From contig CAVYNN010000007.1 in assembly GCA_963769855.1 (NCBI GenBank), positions 558-64,557 of the forward strand: a stretch of 64,000 nt of DNA, in the 5' to 3' direction. The stretch comes from an uncultured Actinomycetota bacterium (GTDB lineage Bacteria; Actinomycetota; Actinomycetes; Actinomycetales; Cellulomonadaceae). The translations under genes and the position numbers were made by a program. This document shows, one piece after another, positions 20,758-29,590 of this stretch; the stretch's first letter is position 1, and each line of letters opens with the position of its first letter. The notes beneath the pieces are model-generated. The model was not told the DNA's origin and made no database searches. It was given only the letters and a program-made list of their open reading frames with translations.

Positions 20758-21753
20758 TCACAGGGGCAGGCGGTAGCCGGAGGGGTCGTCGTCCGGGCCG
20801 GCAGGGACGCCGGTGGACGTCACGGGGACGACGAGACCGTCGGCGACCAGGGACTCGACGCACCGGACCAGCTGGCGGCGATCGGGCCACACGTCCAGCA
20901 CGACCTCGAGGGGGACCGGGCCGTCGCCGTCGCGCAGCACCGCCATCACCCGGCCGCGGACCTGACGGTCGGTGCCGGCCCACGGCTGGGCGCGCCGGCG
21001 GCCCGGCTCGTCGGGCGGCCGTCCCGCAGCCAGCCAGGCGCACGTCGAGGCGATCGGGCAGGCCTCGCAGCGCGGCGCCCGGGCGGTGCAGACGAGCGCG
21101 CCCAGCTCCATCGTCGCCAGCGCCCAGCGGGCGGCCGTCGCGTCGTCGGGCGGGGTGAGCCGGTCGGCGAGGGCGACCTCGGCCGCGGTCTGGACCGGGG
21201 CGGCCTGCGCCGTGCCGTGGACGGACCGGGCCAGCACCCGCCGCACGTTCGTGTCCAGCACCACCGCACGGCGACCGAACGCGAACGCCCGGACCGCGGC
21301 CGCGGTGTACCCGCCGACCCCGGGCAGCGCGCGCAGCGCCGCCTCGTCGTCGGGCACGGCCCCGCCGTGCCGCTCGACGATCGCCACGGCGCACGCGTGC
21401 AGCCGCAACGCCCGCCGCGGGTAGCCGAGCCGGTCCCAGGCGCGCACCGCGTCACCGGGTGAGGCGGCGGCGAGGTCGGCCGGCGTGGGCCAACGTGCCA
21501 TCCAGTCCACCCAGGCGGGTTCGACCCGCGCCACCGGCGTCTGCTGGAGCATCACCTCGCTGACCAGGACGCCCCACGGCGTGCGGTCGACCGAGCGCCA
21601 CGGCAGGTCGCGCGCGTGGTCGTCGAACCACGCGAGGAGCGGATCGGTGGGCACGGGCCATCCTCTCCCGGCGGTGCCGGGGCCGGGTGCGGGGGTACTG
21701 CGGGTGAGACTCCGGATGAAGGCTGGGTCCGCACCCCCTAGTCTCGGAAGCAT
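20758..21753 (-). CDS. mutY: A/G-specific adenine DNA glycosylase
   Basis: HhH-GPD blocks (PWGVLVSEVMLQQTPV, LPGVGGYTAAAV) and a 4Fe-4S cluster CTARAPRCEACPIASTC. Start uncertain (ATG 21753 or a downstream GTG). Confidence 0.85.
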   Translation of the reverse strand: MLPRLGGADPAFIRSLTRSTPAPGPGTAGRGWPVPTDPLLAWFDDHARDLPWRSVDRTPWGVLVSEVMLQQTPVARVEPAWVDWMARWPTPADLAAASPGDAVRAWDRLGYPRRALRLHACAVAIVERHGGAVPDDEAALRALPGVGGYTAAAVRAFAFGRRAVVLDTNVRRVLARSVHGTAQAAPVQTAAEVALADRLTPPDDATAARWALATMELGALVCTARAPRCEACPIASTCAWLAAGRPPDEPGRRRAQPWAGTDRQVRGRVMAVLRDGDGPVPLEVVLDVWPDRRQLVRCVESLVADGLVVPVTSTGVPAGPDDDPSGYRLPL

Positions 21754-21859
21754 GGTCGAGGGGGGCTCGACGGGCAGGGCAGGCAGGCCGCGGGTGGCCT
21801 CGCCGGCGAAGCCCGTGACGCTCGGCGCGGCCCGCCTGCCGACGCCGCTGGCACCCCCC

Positions 21860-22432
21860 ATGTTCGACGAGGTGCACACCGCGGCCTGCCGCTCGATCGA
21901 GGAGCTCGACGAGGTGTTCGGCACCCGGGGCTCCGCGGCGCACTGCTGGTGCCAGTTCGACCGGATGCCGGTGGCCCTGTTCGAGACCCTCGACGACGCG
22001 CAGCTGCGCGACCTGCTCGCCGTCGAGCTGCGGCACGCGCCTACGCCCGGGGTGGTCGCGACGCTCGAGGGCGAGCGCGTGGGCTGGTGCTCGGTGGCGC
22101 CGCGCTCGCAGTTCAGCAGGCTGCGGACGGCGGCGTCCACCTCCTCGCCCGCCACCGCGGCCGACGACCCGGCGGTGTGGTCGGTCACCTGCTTCGTCGT
22201 GCGCCTGGCGTTCCGGCGGCGCGGCATCGCGCGGGCGTTGCTCACCGGGGCGATCCTGCACGCGCGGAACAACGGCGCCGGCTGGCTCGAGGCGTACCCG
22301 GTCGACACCGCCGGGCGCAAGGCCGCCGCGGCGGACCTCTACCGCGGCACGCTCTCGCTGTTCCGCTCGGTCGGGTTCGAGGTCGTCGCCCGGCCGCGTC
22401 CGGGGCGGGCCATCGTGCGGCTCGAGCTGTAG
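21860..22432 (+). CDS. GNAT-family N-acetyltransferase
   Basis: C-terminal VRLAFRRRGIARALLTGAILHARNNGAGWLEAYP is the acetyl-CoA-binding motif. Start ambiguous (ATG 21860 or 21752). Confidence 0.65.
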   Translation: MFDEVHTAACRSIEELDEVFGTRGSAAHCWCQFDRMPVALFETLDDAQLRDLLAVELRHAPTPGVVATLEGERVGWCSVAPRSQFSRLRTAASTSSPATAADDPAVWSVTCFVVRLAFRRRGIARALLTGAILHARNNGAGWLEAYPVDTAGRKAAAADLYRGTLSLFRSVGFEVVARPRPGRAIVRLEL

Positions 22433-22495
22433 GGCGGCGCGTCGTCGGTCGACTGCCCGGAGCCGCGGGCTAGCGTCGAGCGCGGAGGTGCGACC

Positions 22496-23071
22496 GTGAA
22501 CGAGAACACGCTGCCCCCGAGCGTCTACTGGCGACGCCGGGTCATCGTGCTCGGCATCCCCCTCGCCGTGGTCGTCGCGCTGGTGGTCTGGTTCGTCAAC
22601 CGCGGGCACGACGGGACGGAGGTGGCCGCCGCGCACACCACGGCGCCGGTGGTGACCACCAGCGCGCCTGCCCCGGGCGTGCCCGACTGCGCGCCGCCGG
22701 CCCTCGCGGTGTCGATCGAGGCGGACTCGGCCGACGTGGCAGCCGGGGTGATGCCGACGTTCACGGTGACGATCACCAACGCCGGAAACACGTCGTGCGT
22801 GGTCGACGCCGGCGAGCTGAAGCGCGAGGTGGTCATCGTCTCCGGCACGGACCGTGTCTGGTCGTCGAAGGACTGCGCGCCCGCGGACTCCCCCGCTCGC
22901 GCGCTGCTGCTCACCCCGGGGATGACGGACACGACGCAGCTGGCCTGGAACCGGATCCGGTCCGCGGTGGGCTGCCCGACCGGGCTCCCGGCGCCGGGCG
23001 CCGGCACCTACCAGGCGACGGTCGCCCTGGCCGGCACGTCCGGCGGGCCGACGGTGTTCCGGCTGCACTGA
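22496..23071 (+). CDS. Membrane-anchored hypothetical protein (DUF4232-like)
   Basis: 191 aa with an N-terminal TM (VIVLGIPLAVVVALVVWFV) and paired Cys residues in the extracytoplasmic part. Confidence 0.4.
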   Translation: MNENTLPPSVYWRRRVIVLGIPLAVVVALVVWFVNRGHDGTEVAAAHTTAPVVTTSAPAPGVPDCAPPALAVSIEADSADVAAGVMPTFTVTITNAGNTSCVVDAGELKREVVIVSGTDRVWSSKDCAPADSPARALLLTPGMTDTTQLAWNRIRSAVGCPTGLPAPGAGTYQATVALAGTSGGPTVFRLH

Positions 23072-23101
23072 GCGGCCGGCGTCCCGGAGGGACCGACGCG
23101 G

Positions 23102-24172
23102 CTACACGTACCGCTCGAGGATGCTCGACTCGGCCAGGCGGGACAGCCCTTCGCGGACCGTCCGGGCCCGCTGCTCGCCGACGCCGTCGACGGCCATCAG
23201 CTCCTCCACGCCGGCGGCGAGCAGCTTCTGCAGTGCGCCGAAGTGCACCACCAGCCGCTCGACGACCGCACCGGGCAGCCGCGGCACGCGCGACAGCAGG
23301 CGGTACCCGCGCGGTGCCACCGCAGCGTCGAGGGTGTCACCACCGGGCAGGCCGAGCACCCGCGCGATGTGGCTCAGGTCGAGCAGCTCGGTGCTCGTCA
23401 GCTCGGCCAGCGCGGCGAGCACCTGGTCGCCGTCGCGGCGGGCGGTGTCGACGTAGTCCCGGATGACCAGCTCACGGTCGGCCCCCGAGCCGGCGATCAG
23501 CTCGTCGAGCTGGAGGGCGAGCAGTCGCCCGTCGGTGCCCAGCTCGACGACGTAGCCGCCGATCTCGTCCGAGATGCGGCGGACCATCTCCAGGCGCTGC
23601 ACGACGGCGGACACGTCCCGCACGGTGACCAGGTCCTCGATCTCCAGGGCGGAGAGCGTGCCGGTCACCTCGTCGAGCCGGGCCTTGTACCGCTCCAGGG
23701 TCGCCAGCGCCTGGTTCGCGCGGGACAGGATGGTCGTCGAGTCCTCGAGCTGGTGCCGCGCGTCGCCGACGTACACGGCGATGATCCGCATCGACGCGGA
23801 GACGGAGATCACCGGGTGCCCGGTCTGCTTGGCCACCCGCTCGGCGGTGCGGTGCCGGGTGCCGGACTCGCTGGTCTGGATCGACGGGTCGGGCAGCAGC
23901 TGGACGCCGGCCCGGACGATGTGGTTGCTCGTCGTGTCGATGACGACGGCGCCGTCCATCTTGCACAGCTCGCGCAGCCGCGTCCCGGAGAAGTCGACGT
24001 CCAGGACGAACCCGCCCGAGCACAGCGCGTCGACCGACTCGTCCATGCCGAGAACGATGAGCGCGCCGGTGCGGCCGCGCAGGATGCGTTCCAGGCCGTC
24101 GCGCAGCTCGCCGCCGGGAGCGACGGCGGCGAGGGTCGAGCGCAGGAGCTCGTCCTGGGACGGGTGGGCCAC
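23102..24172 (-). CDS. disA: DNA integrity scanning protein / diadenylate cyclase
   Basis: GALIVLG...DGAVVID...[15 protein letters not shown] (DAC domain) plus a C-terminal HhH. GTG at 24172 is in frame. Classic disA-radA pairing. Confidence 0.9.
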   Translation of the reverse strand: MAHPSQDELLRSTLAAVAPGGELRDGLERILRGRTGALIVLGMDESVDALCSGGFVLDVDFSGTRLRELCKMDGAVVIDTTSNHIVRAGVQLLPDPSIQTSESGTRHRTAERVAKQTGHPVISVSASMRIIAVYVGDARHQLEDSTTILSRANQALATLERYKARLDEVTGTLSALEIEDLVTVRDVSAVVQRLEMVRRISDEIGGYVVELGTDGRLLALQLDELIAGSGADRELVIRDYVDTARRDGDQVLAALAELTSTELLDLSHIARVLGLPGGDTLDAAVAPRGYRLLSRVPRLPGAVVERLVVHFGALQKLLAAGVEELMAVDGVGEQRARTVREGLSRLAESSILERYV

Positions 24173-24263
24173 GGGCCGATCGTAGTGGTCCCGGGCCCAG
24201 CTGCCCCTGGCGGTCGAGGGCCGGTCGCGAGCCGGTCGGGCGGCCGGCGACCGGGGCGTGCGG

Positions 24264-25787
24264 TCAGCCCACGGGCAGCCGCGCGACGCCCTCCGGCAGC
24301 CCGTCCTCCTCCCCGCGGTCCGCCGACCGGCCGACGTGCCGCTCATGCGCGTCGCCGTCCAGGCCCGCCGCCCGCACGGCCGCCGCCAGGTCGCCGGCCC
24401 GGGTGACGCGCATCCCCTCGGGCACGACGATCTCGTCGGACGCGGCCGGGACCACGGCCCGCCGGAAGCCGAGCCGGGCCGCCTCGGCGAGCCGCCTGCT
24501 GACGCCGGCCACGGCCCGGATCTCCCCGGCCAGCCCGATCTCGCCGACGGCCACCAGCCCGCGCACCGGGGGCCGGTTGACGTGCGAGGACACCGTGGCC
24601 AGGGCGAGCGCCAGATCCGCTGCGGGCTCGACGACGCGGGACCCGCCCACCGTGGAGACGTAGACGTCCTGGTCGCCGATCCGCATGCCGAACCGGCGCT
24701 GGAGCACGGCCAGCACCATCGCCAGCCGTGCCGAGTCGACCCCGGACGTGGTGCGCCGCGGGTTGGGCGCCCCGGTCGGGGCGACCAACGACTGGATCTC
24801 GCACGCCATCGGCCGCCGGCCCTCGAGCGTCACGGTCAGGCACGTGCCGGACGTCGGGTGCAGCGCCTGCAGGACGAACAGCCCGCTCGGGTCGGTCAGT
24901 CCGACGATGCCCTTCTCCGACAGGTCGAAGCAGCCGACCTCGTCGGTCGGGCCGTACCGGTTCTTCGTCGCGCGCAGCAGGCGCAGCCGCGAGTGCCGGT
25001 CGCCCTCGAACTGGCACACGACGTCGACCAGGTGCTCGAGCGTGCGCGGCCCGGCCACCGACCCGTCCTTGGTGACGTGGCCGACGATCACCACCGGCAT
25101 GCCCCGCCCCTTCGCGGCGGCGATCAGCGCGGCCGCCACCTCGCGCACCTGGGTGACGCCGCCGGCCGCGCCCTCGACCTGGTCGGAGGCGATCGTCTGC
25201 ACCGAGTCGACGACCAGCAGGTCCGGCTCGACCTGCTCGACGTGGCCGAGCACGGTCGCCAGGTCGGTCTCGGCGGCCAGGAGGAGGCCGGGCTCCAGCG
25301 CGCCGATCCGCCCGGCGCGCAGCCGCACCTGCCCCGCCGACTCCTCGCCGGTGACGTAGAGCACCCTGCGGCCGCCGCGCGCGGTCCGGGCGGCGACGTC
25401 CAGCAGCAGGGTCGACTTGCCCACGCCCGGCTCACCGGCCAGCAGCACCACGGCGCCGGCCACCAGGCCGCCGCCGAGCACGCGGTCCAGCTCCTCGACG
25501 CCGGTCGGGCGCGCCCGGGTGGACTCGACGTCGATCTCGTCGATCGGCCGGGCCGGGGAGCCGGCGGGGCTGGCCGCGACGGTCCGTGGCGCGCCGCCGC
25601 CGGGGCCGATCCCCTCGACCACGGTGCCCCAGGCCTGGCACTCGCCGCACCGGCCGACCCACTTGGCCGTCACCCAGCCGCACTCGGTGCAGCGGAACCC
25701 GCGCGACTGCGCACGCGGTCGGTCCCGGGTCTGCCTGTTCCCAGCGCTCGTCGTCACGCGCGGCACGCTAGCGGTCGGGTCCGACAT
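24264..25787 (-). CDS. radA: DNA repair protein RadA
   Basis: Zinc finger [18 protein letters not shown], Walker [15 protein letters not shown] motif and a Lon-like C-terminus. Start at ATG 25787 or a nearby GTG. Confidence 0.9.
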   Translation of the reverse strand: MSDPTASVPRVTTSAGNRQTRDRPRAQSRGFRCTECGWVTAKWVGRCGECQAWGTVVEGIGPGGGAPRTVAASPAGSPARPIDEIDVESTRARPTGVEELDRVLGGGLVAGAVVLLAGEPGVGKSTLLLDVAARTARGGRRVLYVTGEESAGQVRLRAGRIGALEPGLLLAAETDLATVLGHVEQVEPDLLVVDSVQTIASDQVEGAAGGVTQVREVAAALIAAAKGRGMPVVIVGHVTKDGSVAGPRTLEHLVDVVCQFEGDRHSRLRLLRATKNRYGPTDEVGCFDLSEKGIVGLTDPSGLFVLQALHPTSGTCLTVTLEGRRPMACEIQSLVAPTGAPNPRRTTSGVDSARLAMVLAVLQRRFGMRIGDQDVYVSTVGGSRVVEPAADLALALATVSSHVNRPPVRGLVAVGEIGLAGEIRAVAGVSRRLAEAARLGFRRAVVPAASDEIVVPEGMRVTRAGDLAAAVRAAGLDGDAHERHVGRSADRGEEDGLPEGVARLPVG

Positions 25788-25827
25788 CGGTACGCTGCCT
25801 GCGGTCGAGGGAGCAGGAGGCGGCGCG

Positions 25828-26490
25828 ATGGCGGAGAGCGTGGGCCCGCAGCACGGGCACGACGTGGGTGGCGGTCGGCCGCGGTGGTTGCTGCCGGTCG
25901 CGATCGGCGCGGCGGTGGTCGTCGTCGCCGGCGTCACCGTGGGCGTGGTCCTCTCCCAGTCCGGTGCCGGCGGCACGCCGACCGCCACGGCTCCTGCGCC
26001 GGTGGTCACGACCGTGGTCCTGCCGGTGCCGACCCCGAGCGTGTCGCCCAGTCCACGCGCATCGACCACGGCGTTCGCCGCCCTCCTGCCGGCGAGCGTG
26101 CTGCAGTACGCGTACGCGTCGTCCCAGCCCGTGCCCGAGTGGCAGGCCGGCGGCGCCCTCGAGGCGTGGCTGGACACCTACACCGACGGCGGCACCGGCA
26201 CGCTGACCGTGCAGGCCGGGCAGTTCCCCACGGCCGACGCCGCCACCGCGTTCGCGGCGACCCTCGTCGCCGCACTGCCGACCGGCGCGCCCAGTCCCAC
26301 GGCGACCGGAGCCCCGACCCTCCCGCAGAGCGGCAGCGTCATGGTCGGCGGCGCGAGCACCGGCAGCTACACGATCGTCGACGGCGGGGACGGCACGGGC
26401 GTCGCGGTGTGGACCAACGGCACCGCGGTGTTCCGGATGGTGGCGCCGGTGGCCGACATCGTCAACGCCTACGGCGCCTTCCCGCTCTGA
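25828..26490 (+). CDS. Membrane-anchored hypothetical protein
   Basis: ATG 8 nt after AGGAGG. One TM (WLLPVAIGAAVVVVAGVTVGVVL) followed by a T/P/A-rich linker. No recognisable domain. Confidence 0.45.
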   Translation: MAESVGPQHGHDVGGGRPRWLLPVAIGAAVVVVAGVTVGVVLSQSGAGGTPTATAPAPVVTTVVLPVPTPSVSPSPRASTTAFAALLPASVLQYAYASSQPVPEWQAGGALEAWLDTYTDGGTGTLTVQAGQFPTADAATAFAATLVAALPTGAPSPTATGAPTLPQSGSVMVGGASTGSYTIVDGGDGTGVAVWTNGTAVFRMVAPVADIVNAYGAFPL

Positions 26491-26581
26491 CCCTGCCCGG
26501 CACCGCTCGTCAGAAGGTGCCGCCCGAAGGGGACCCCGTGGCCAGGTCGTCGAGGGCCGTGCTGCGGCGCCAAGATGCGGG

Positions 26582-28072
26582 TCAGGAGGACATGGCGGCG
26601 GGCAGGCTCACCGTGAACACCGTGTGCCCGGGCTGCGACGCGCAGGTCAGCGTCCCGCCGTGCGCGCCGACGACGGCATGGGCGATCGCCAGGCCCAGCC
26701 CGGTCGAGCCGGCCGCGTGGTTGCGCGACGCGTCTCCCCGGGTGAACCGCTCGAACAGACGGTCGCGCAGGTCCGAGGGGATGCCCGGCCCGTCGTCGTC
26801 GACCCGGACGACGACCTCGTCACCCTCCCGGCGCACCGCGACACCGACGTGCGTGCCGGCCGGCGTGTGCAGCCGCGCGTTCGTCAGCAGGTTGGCCAGC
26901 ACCTGGCGCAGCCGGTGGTCGTCGCCCCGGACCAGCGTCGCCGGGTCGCCGTCGGACTCGTCGTCCGCGTCCACCTCCAGCCGCCACACGTGGTCCGGAC
27001 CCGCGGCATGGGCGTCCGCCACGGCATCGACCGCCAGCTCGGCGACGTCGACCGTCTCCCGCTCCAGGGGTCGTCCGGCGTCGAGCCGGGCGAGCAGCAG
27101 CATGTCGCCGACCAGCGCCGTCATCCGGATCGCCTCGGCCTCGACCCGGGCCAGCGCCCGGCCGGCGCCGTCGGGCAGGGGCTCGTCGGACCGCCGCACC
27201 AGCTCGGTGTAGCCCCGGATCGAGGCGAGCGGGGTGCGCAGCTCGTGGCTGGCGTCGGCGACGAACTGGCGCACCTGCTGCTCGGACTCCTGGCGCGCGG
27301 TGAGCGCCGCCTCGACGTGGCCGAGCATCCGGTTGAGGGCCGCGCCGACCTGACCGACCTCGGTCGCCGGGTCGGCGAACGGCACGCGCTCGCGCAGCGA
27401 CACCTCGCCCTTGTCCAGGGGGAGCTCGCTGACCCGCGTCGCGGTGGCGGCGACCCGGTTCAGCGGGCGCAGCTCGCGGTGCACCAGCACGTTCGCGGCC
27501 GCACCGGCGAGCAGCAGGCCGAGCGCGCCGACGACGACCTCGACCAGGACGTAGCGCTCGACGGTGGCGTGGACTGCCGCGGTCGGCAGCGCGGTGATGA
27601 CGGTGCCGTCCACGCCGGTGCTCGCCATCGCGCGGTACGAGCCGAGGTCGTCGAGCGAGATGGAGCGGATCACGCCGTCGGCCGGCACGGCGAGCAGGGT
27701 GGCCAGCTGGGCCCCGTCCAGCGGGTGGTACTGGCCCGCGGCGTCGATGTAGCCGCCGCGCACGCTGGTCCCGGAGACGAGCACGTTGGCGGTGCCCAGC
27801 TCCTGGCCCGGGCCGTCGAAGAACGGCGGTCGGTCGTCACTGTCGGTCGGGATCGTCGGCGCGGTCGCTCCCGTGCCGGCCGTCGGCGACGCGGTCCGGA
27901 GAGGGGCGACCGCGGCGCGCTGGCCCGCGCTGACCAGCCGGTTGTCGACCTGGCCGAGCAGCGAGGCGCGCAGCGCAAGGGTCGAGGTGAGCCCGATGAC
28001 CGCCACGACGACGGCGAGCAGCCCGACGACGGTGAGCAGCAGCCGGCGCCGGAGGGTCACGCTGCGTCTCAC
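26582..28072 (-). CDS. Sensor histidine kinase (HAMP-HisKA-HATPase_c)
   Basis: H-box ASHELRTPLASIRG, N-box VLANLLTNARLHTP, G-boxes DDGPGIP and STGLGLAIAHAV. GTG overlaps the regulator stop (GTGA 28069-28072). Confidence 0.9.
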   Translation of the reverse strand: MRRSVTLRRRLLLTVVGLLAVVVAVIGLTSTLALRASLLGQVDNRLVSAGQRAAVAPLRTASPTAGTGATAPTIPTDSDDRPPFFDGPGQELGTANVLVSGTSVRGGYIDAAGQYHPLDGAQLATLLAVPADGVIRSISLDDLGSYRAMASTGVDGTVITALPTAAVHATVERYVLVEVVVGALGLLLAGAAANVLVHRELRPLNRVAATATRVSELPLDKGEVSLRERVPFADPATEVGQVGAALNRMLGHVEAALTARQESEQQVRQFVADASHELRTPLASIRGYTELVRRSDEPLPDGAGRALARVEAEAIRMTALVGDMLLLARLDAGRPLERETVDVAELAVDAVADAHAAGPDHVWRLEVDADDESDGDPATLVRGDDHRLRQVLANLLTNARLHTPAGTHVGVAVRREGDEVVVRVDDDGPGIPSDLRDRLFERFTRGDASRNHAAGSTGLGLAIAHAVVGAHGGTLTCASQPGHTVFTVSLPAAMSS

Positions 28073-28815
28073 GCCGGTCGCAGCACGTACCCGACGCCCC
28101 GCAGCGTGTGCAGCATCGGCGTGCGGCCCTTGTCGATCTTGCGGCGCAGGTAGGAGACGTACAGCTCGACGATGTTCGCCTGGCCGCCGAAGTCGTACTG
28201 CCAGACCCGGTCGAGGATCTGGGCCTTGGACAGCACGCGGCGTGGGTTGCGCATGAAGTAGCGGAGCAGCTCGAACTCGGTGGCCGTCAGGTGGATCTCG
28301 TCGATCCCGCGCCACACCTCGTGGCTGTCCTCGTCCATCCGCAGGTCGCCCACGACGAGCTGGGCCTCCTGGTGCCCGGTCGCGGTGCTGGTTCGGCGGA
28401 GCAGGGCGCGCAGCCGCGCGACGACCTCCTCGAGGCTGAACGGCTTGGTGACGTAGTCGTCGCCACCGGCGGTCAGGCCGGCGATCCGGTCCTCGACGGC
28501 GTCCTTGGCGGTGAGGAAGAGCACCGGCACGTTCGGCTGCGTGGCCCGCATCCGGGCCAGCACCTCGAGCCCGGTGAGGTCGGGCAGCATGATGTCGAGG
28601 ACGACGACGTCGGGGTCCAGATCCTTGGCGCGACGCACCGCCGCGTGGCCGGTCAGGGCGTGCTCGACCTGCCAGCCCTCGTAGCGCAGGGCCGTGGCCA
28701 GCAGCTCGGCCAGGTTGGGCTCGTCGTCCACGACGAGGGCCCGGATCGGAGAACCGTCGGCGCGAGTCAGGACGTCGGGCCGACGGGCAGTTGTCGTCGT
28801 CATGGCAGACAGCAT
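28069..28815 (-). CDS. OmpR-family response regulator
   Basis: Receiver domain (ALVVDDEPNL...VVLDIMLPDLTG...TAKD) plus a winged-helix domain (LTATEFELLRYF...LRGVGYVLR). ATG 28803 is an alternative start. Confidence 0.9.
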   Translation of the reverse strand: MLSAMTTTTARRPDVLTRADGSPIRALVVDDEPNLAELLATALRYEGWQVEHALTGHAAVRRAKDLDPDVVVLDIMLPDLTGLEVLARMRATQPNVPVLFLTAKDAVEDRIAGLTAGGDDYVTKPFSLEEVVARLRALLRRTSTATGHQEAQLVVGDLRMDEDSHEVWRGIDEIHLTATEFELLRYFMRNPRRVLSKAQILDRVWQYDFGGQANIVELYVSYLRRKIDKGRTPMLHTLRGVGYVLRPA

Positions 28816-28869
28816 CGAAGGGTCACCTGTGGTGCCCCTGGGGTCTTCCTGTGAACTGTCTGAGCGAGG

Positions 28870-29544
28870 TCATCCCGCCGGCGGGGGCACCGGGCTCGGC
28901 CGGTCCGGACCGGCCAGGACGGCAGCAACGATCGCCTCGATCGCGAAGGTGGTGGCCTCGGCCAGGTCGACAGCGTCCGGGTCGAGCAGCCACTGGATCT
29001 GCACACCGTCCATCACGCCCAGGATGGCGGCGGCCGCCCGGTAGGCGACCTCCCGGTCGAGCTCGGGGTGCCAGGCGAGGAAGGCGTCGGCGACCTCGTC
29101 GCGGAGCACGGCGAACCGGCCGGTCGCCCACGACCGAGCGGGGTGCCCGTCGGTGACCGCCTCGCCGGTGATCACCGCATAGGTCTGCACCATGCCGGGC
29201 CGCTCGGCGTTCATCCGCGCGGTGCGCAGCAGGTGGCGGAACAGCTCGAGCCCACCCGGGATGTGCTGGCCCTCGAGGTCGCGCACCTGGTCGGCGTCGC
29301 GGAGGTCCAGCACGGCGGTGAGCAGCTGCTCCTTGGACTTGAAGTGGTGCAGCACACCGGCGTGGGTCATCCCGACCTGCTCGGCGACGTCCGCGAGCGA
29401 GCCGGTCTTGTACCCCTTCTGACCGAACGTGCTGGCCGCGGCACGGAGGATCTCCTCGCGCCGGGCGGCCGTCCCCTCGCGGGGTCCGCGTCGAGCCGTG
29501 CGGCCCGTCCCGCGGGCCGGCTCCGCTTTCATGGCCGAAACCAT
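28870..29544 (-). CDS. TetR/AcrR-family transcriptional regulator
   Basis: EEILRAAASTFGQKGYKTGSLADVAEQVGMTHAGVLHHFKSKEQLL. Divergent from the GH3 gene, with only 46 nt between the starts. Confidence 0.85.
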   Translation of the reverse strand: MVSAMKAEPARGTGRTARRGPREGTAARREEILRAAASTFGQKGYKTGSLADVAEQVGMTHAGVLHHFKSKEQLLTAVLDLRDADQVRDLEGQHIPGGLELFRHLLRTARMNAERPGMVQTYAVITGEAVTDGHPARSWATGRFAVLRDEVADAFLAWHPELDREVAYRAAAAILGVMDGVQIQWLLDPDAVDLAEATTFAIEAIVAAVLAGPDRPSPVPPPAG

Positions 29545-29590
29545 ACTGTGACCTTCTATTTACTGACAGGCAAGTAACCACTGCTGTTCC

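Noticed and set aside
21752-21862. mutY ATG (21753, minus strand) and an alternative GNAT ATG (21752, plus strand) sharing one CATG, suggesting overlapping divergent starts.
   Set aside because: Both genes have equally plausible internal starts (a GTG for mutY, ATG 21860 for the GNAT). The extra N-terminal residues match nothing conserved, so this is probably coincidence.
29545-29590. TTACTGACAGGCAAGTAA as a TetR operator between the TetR gene and the GH3 gene.
   Set aside because: Only the outer 5 bp (TTACT/AGTAA) are complementary. That is too weak to call, although the 46-nt A/T-richer gap must contain both promoters.
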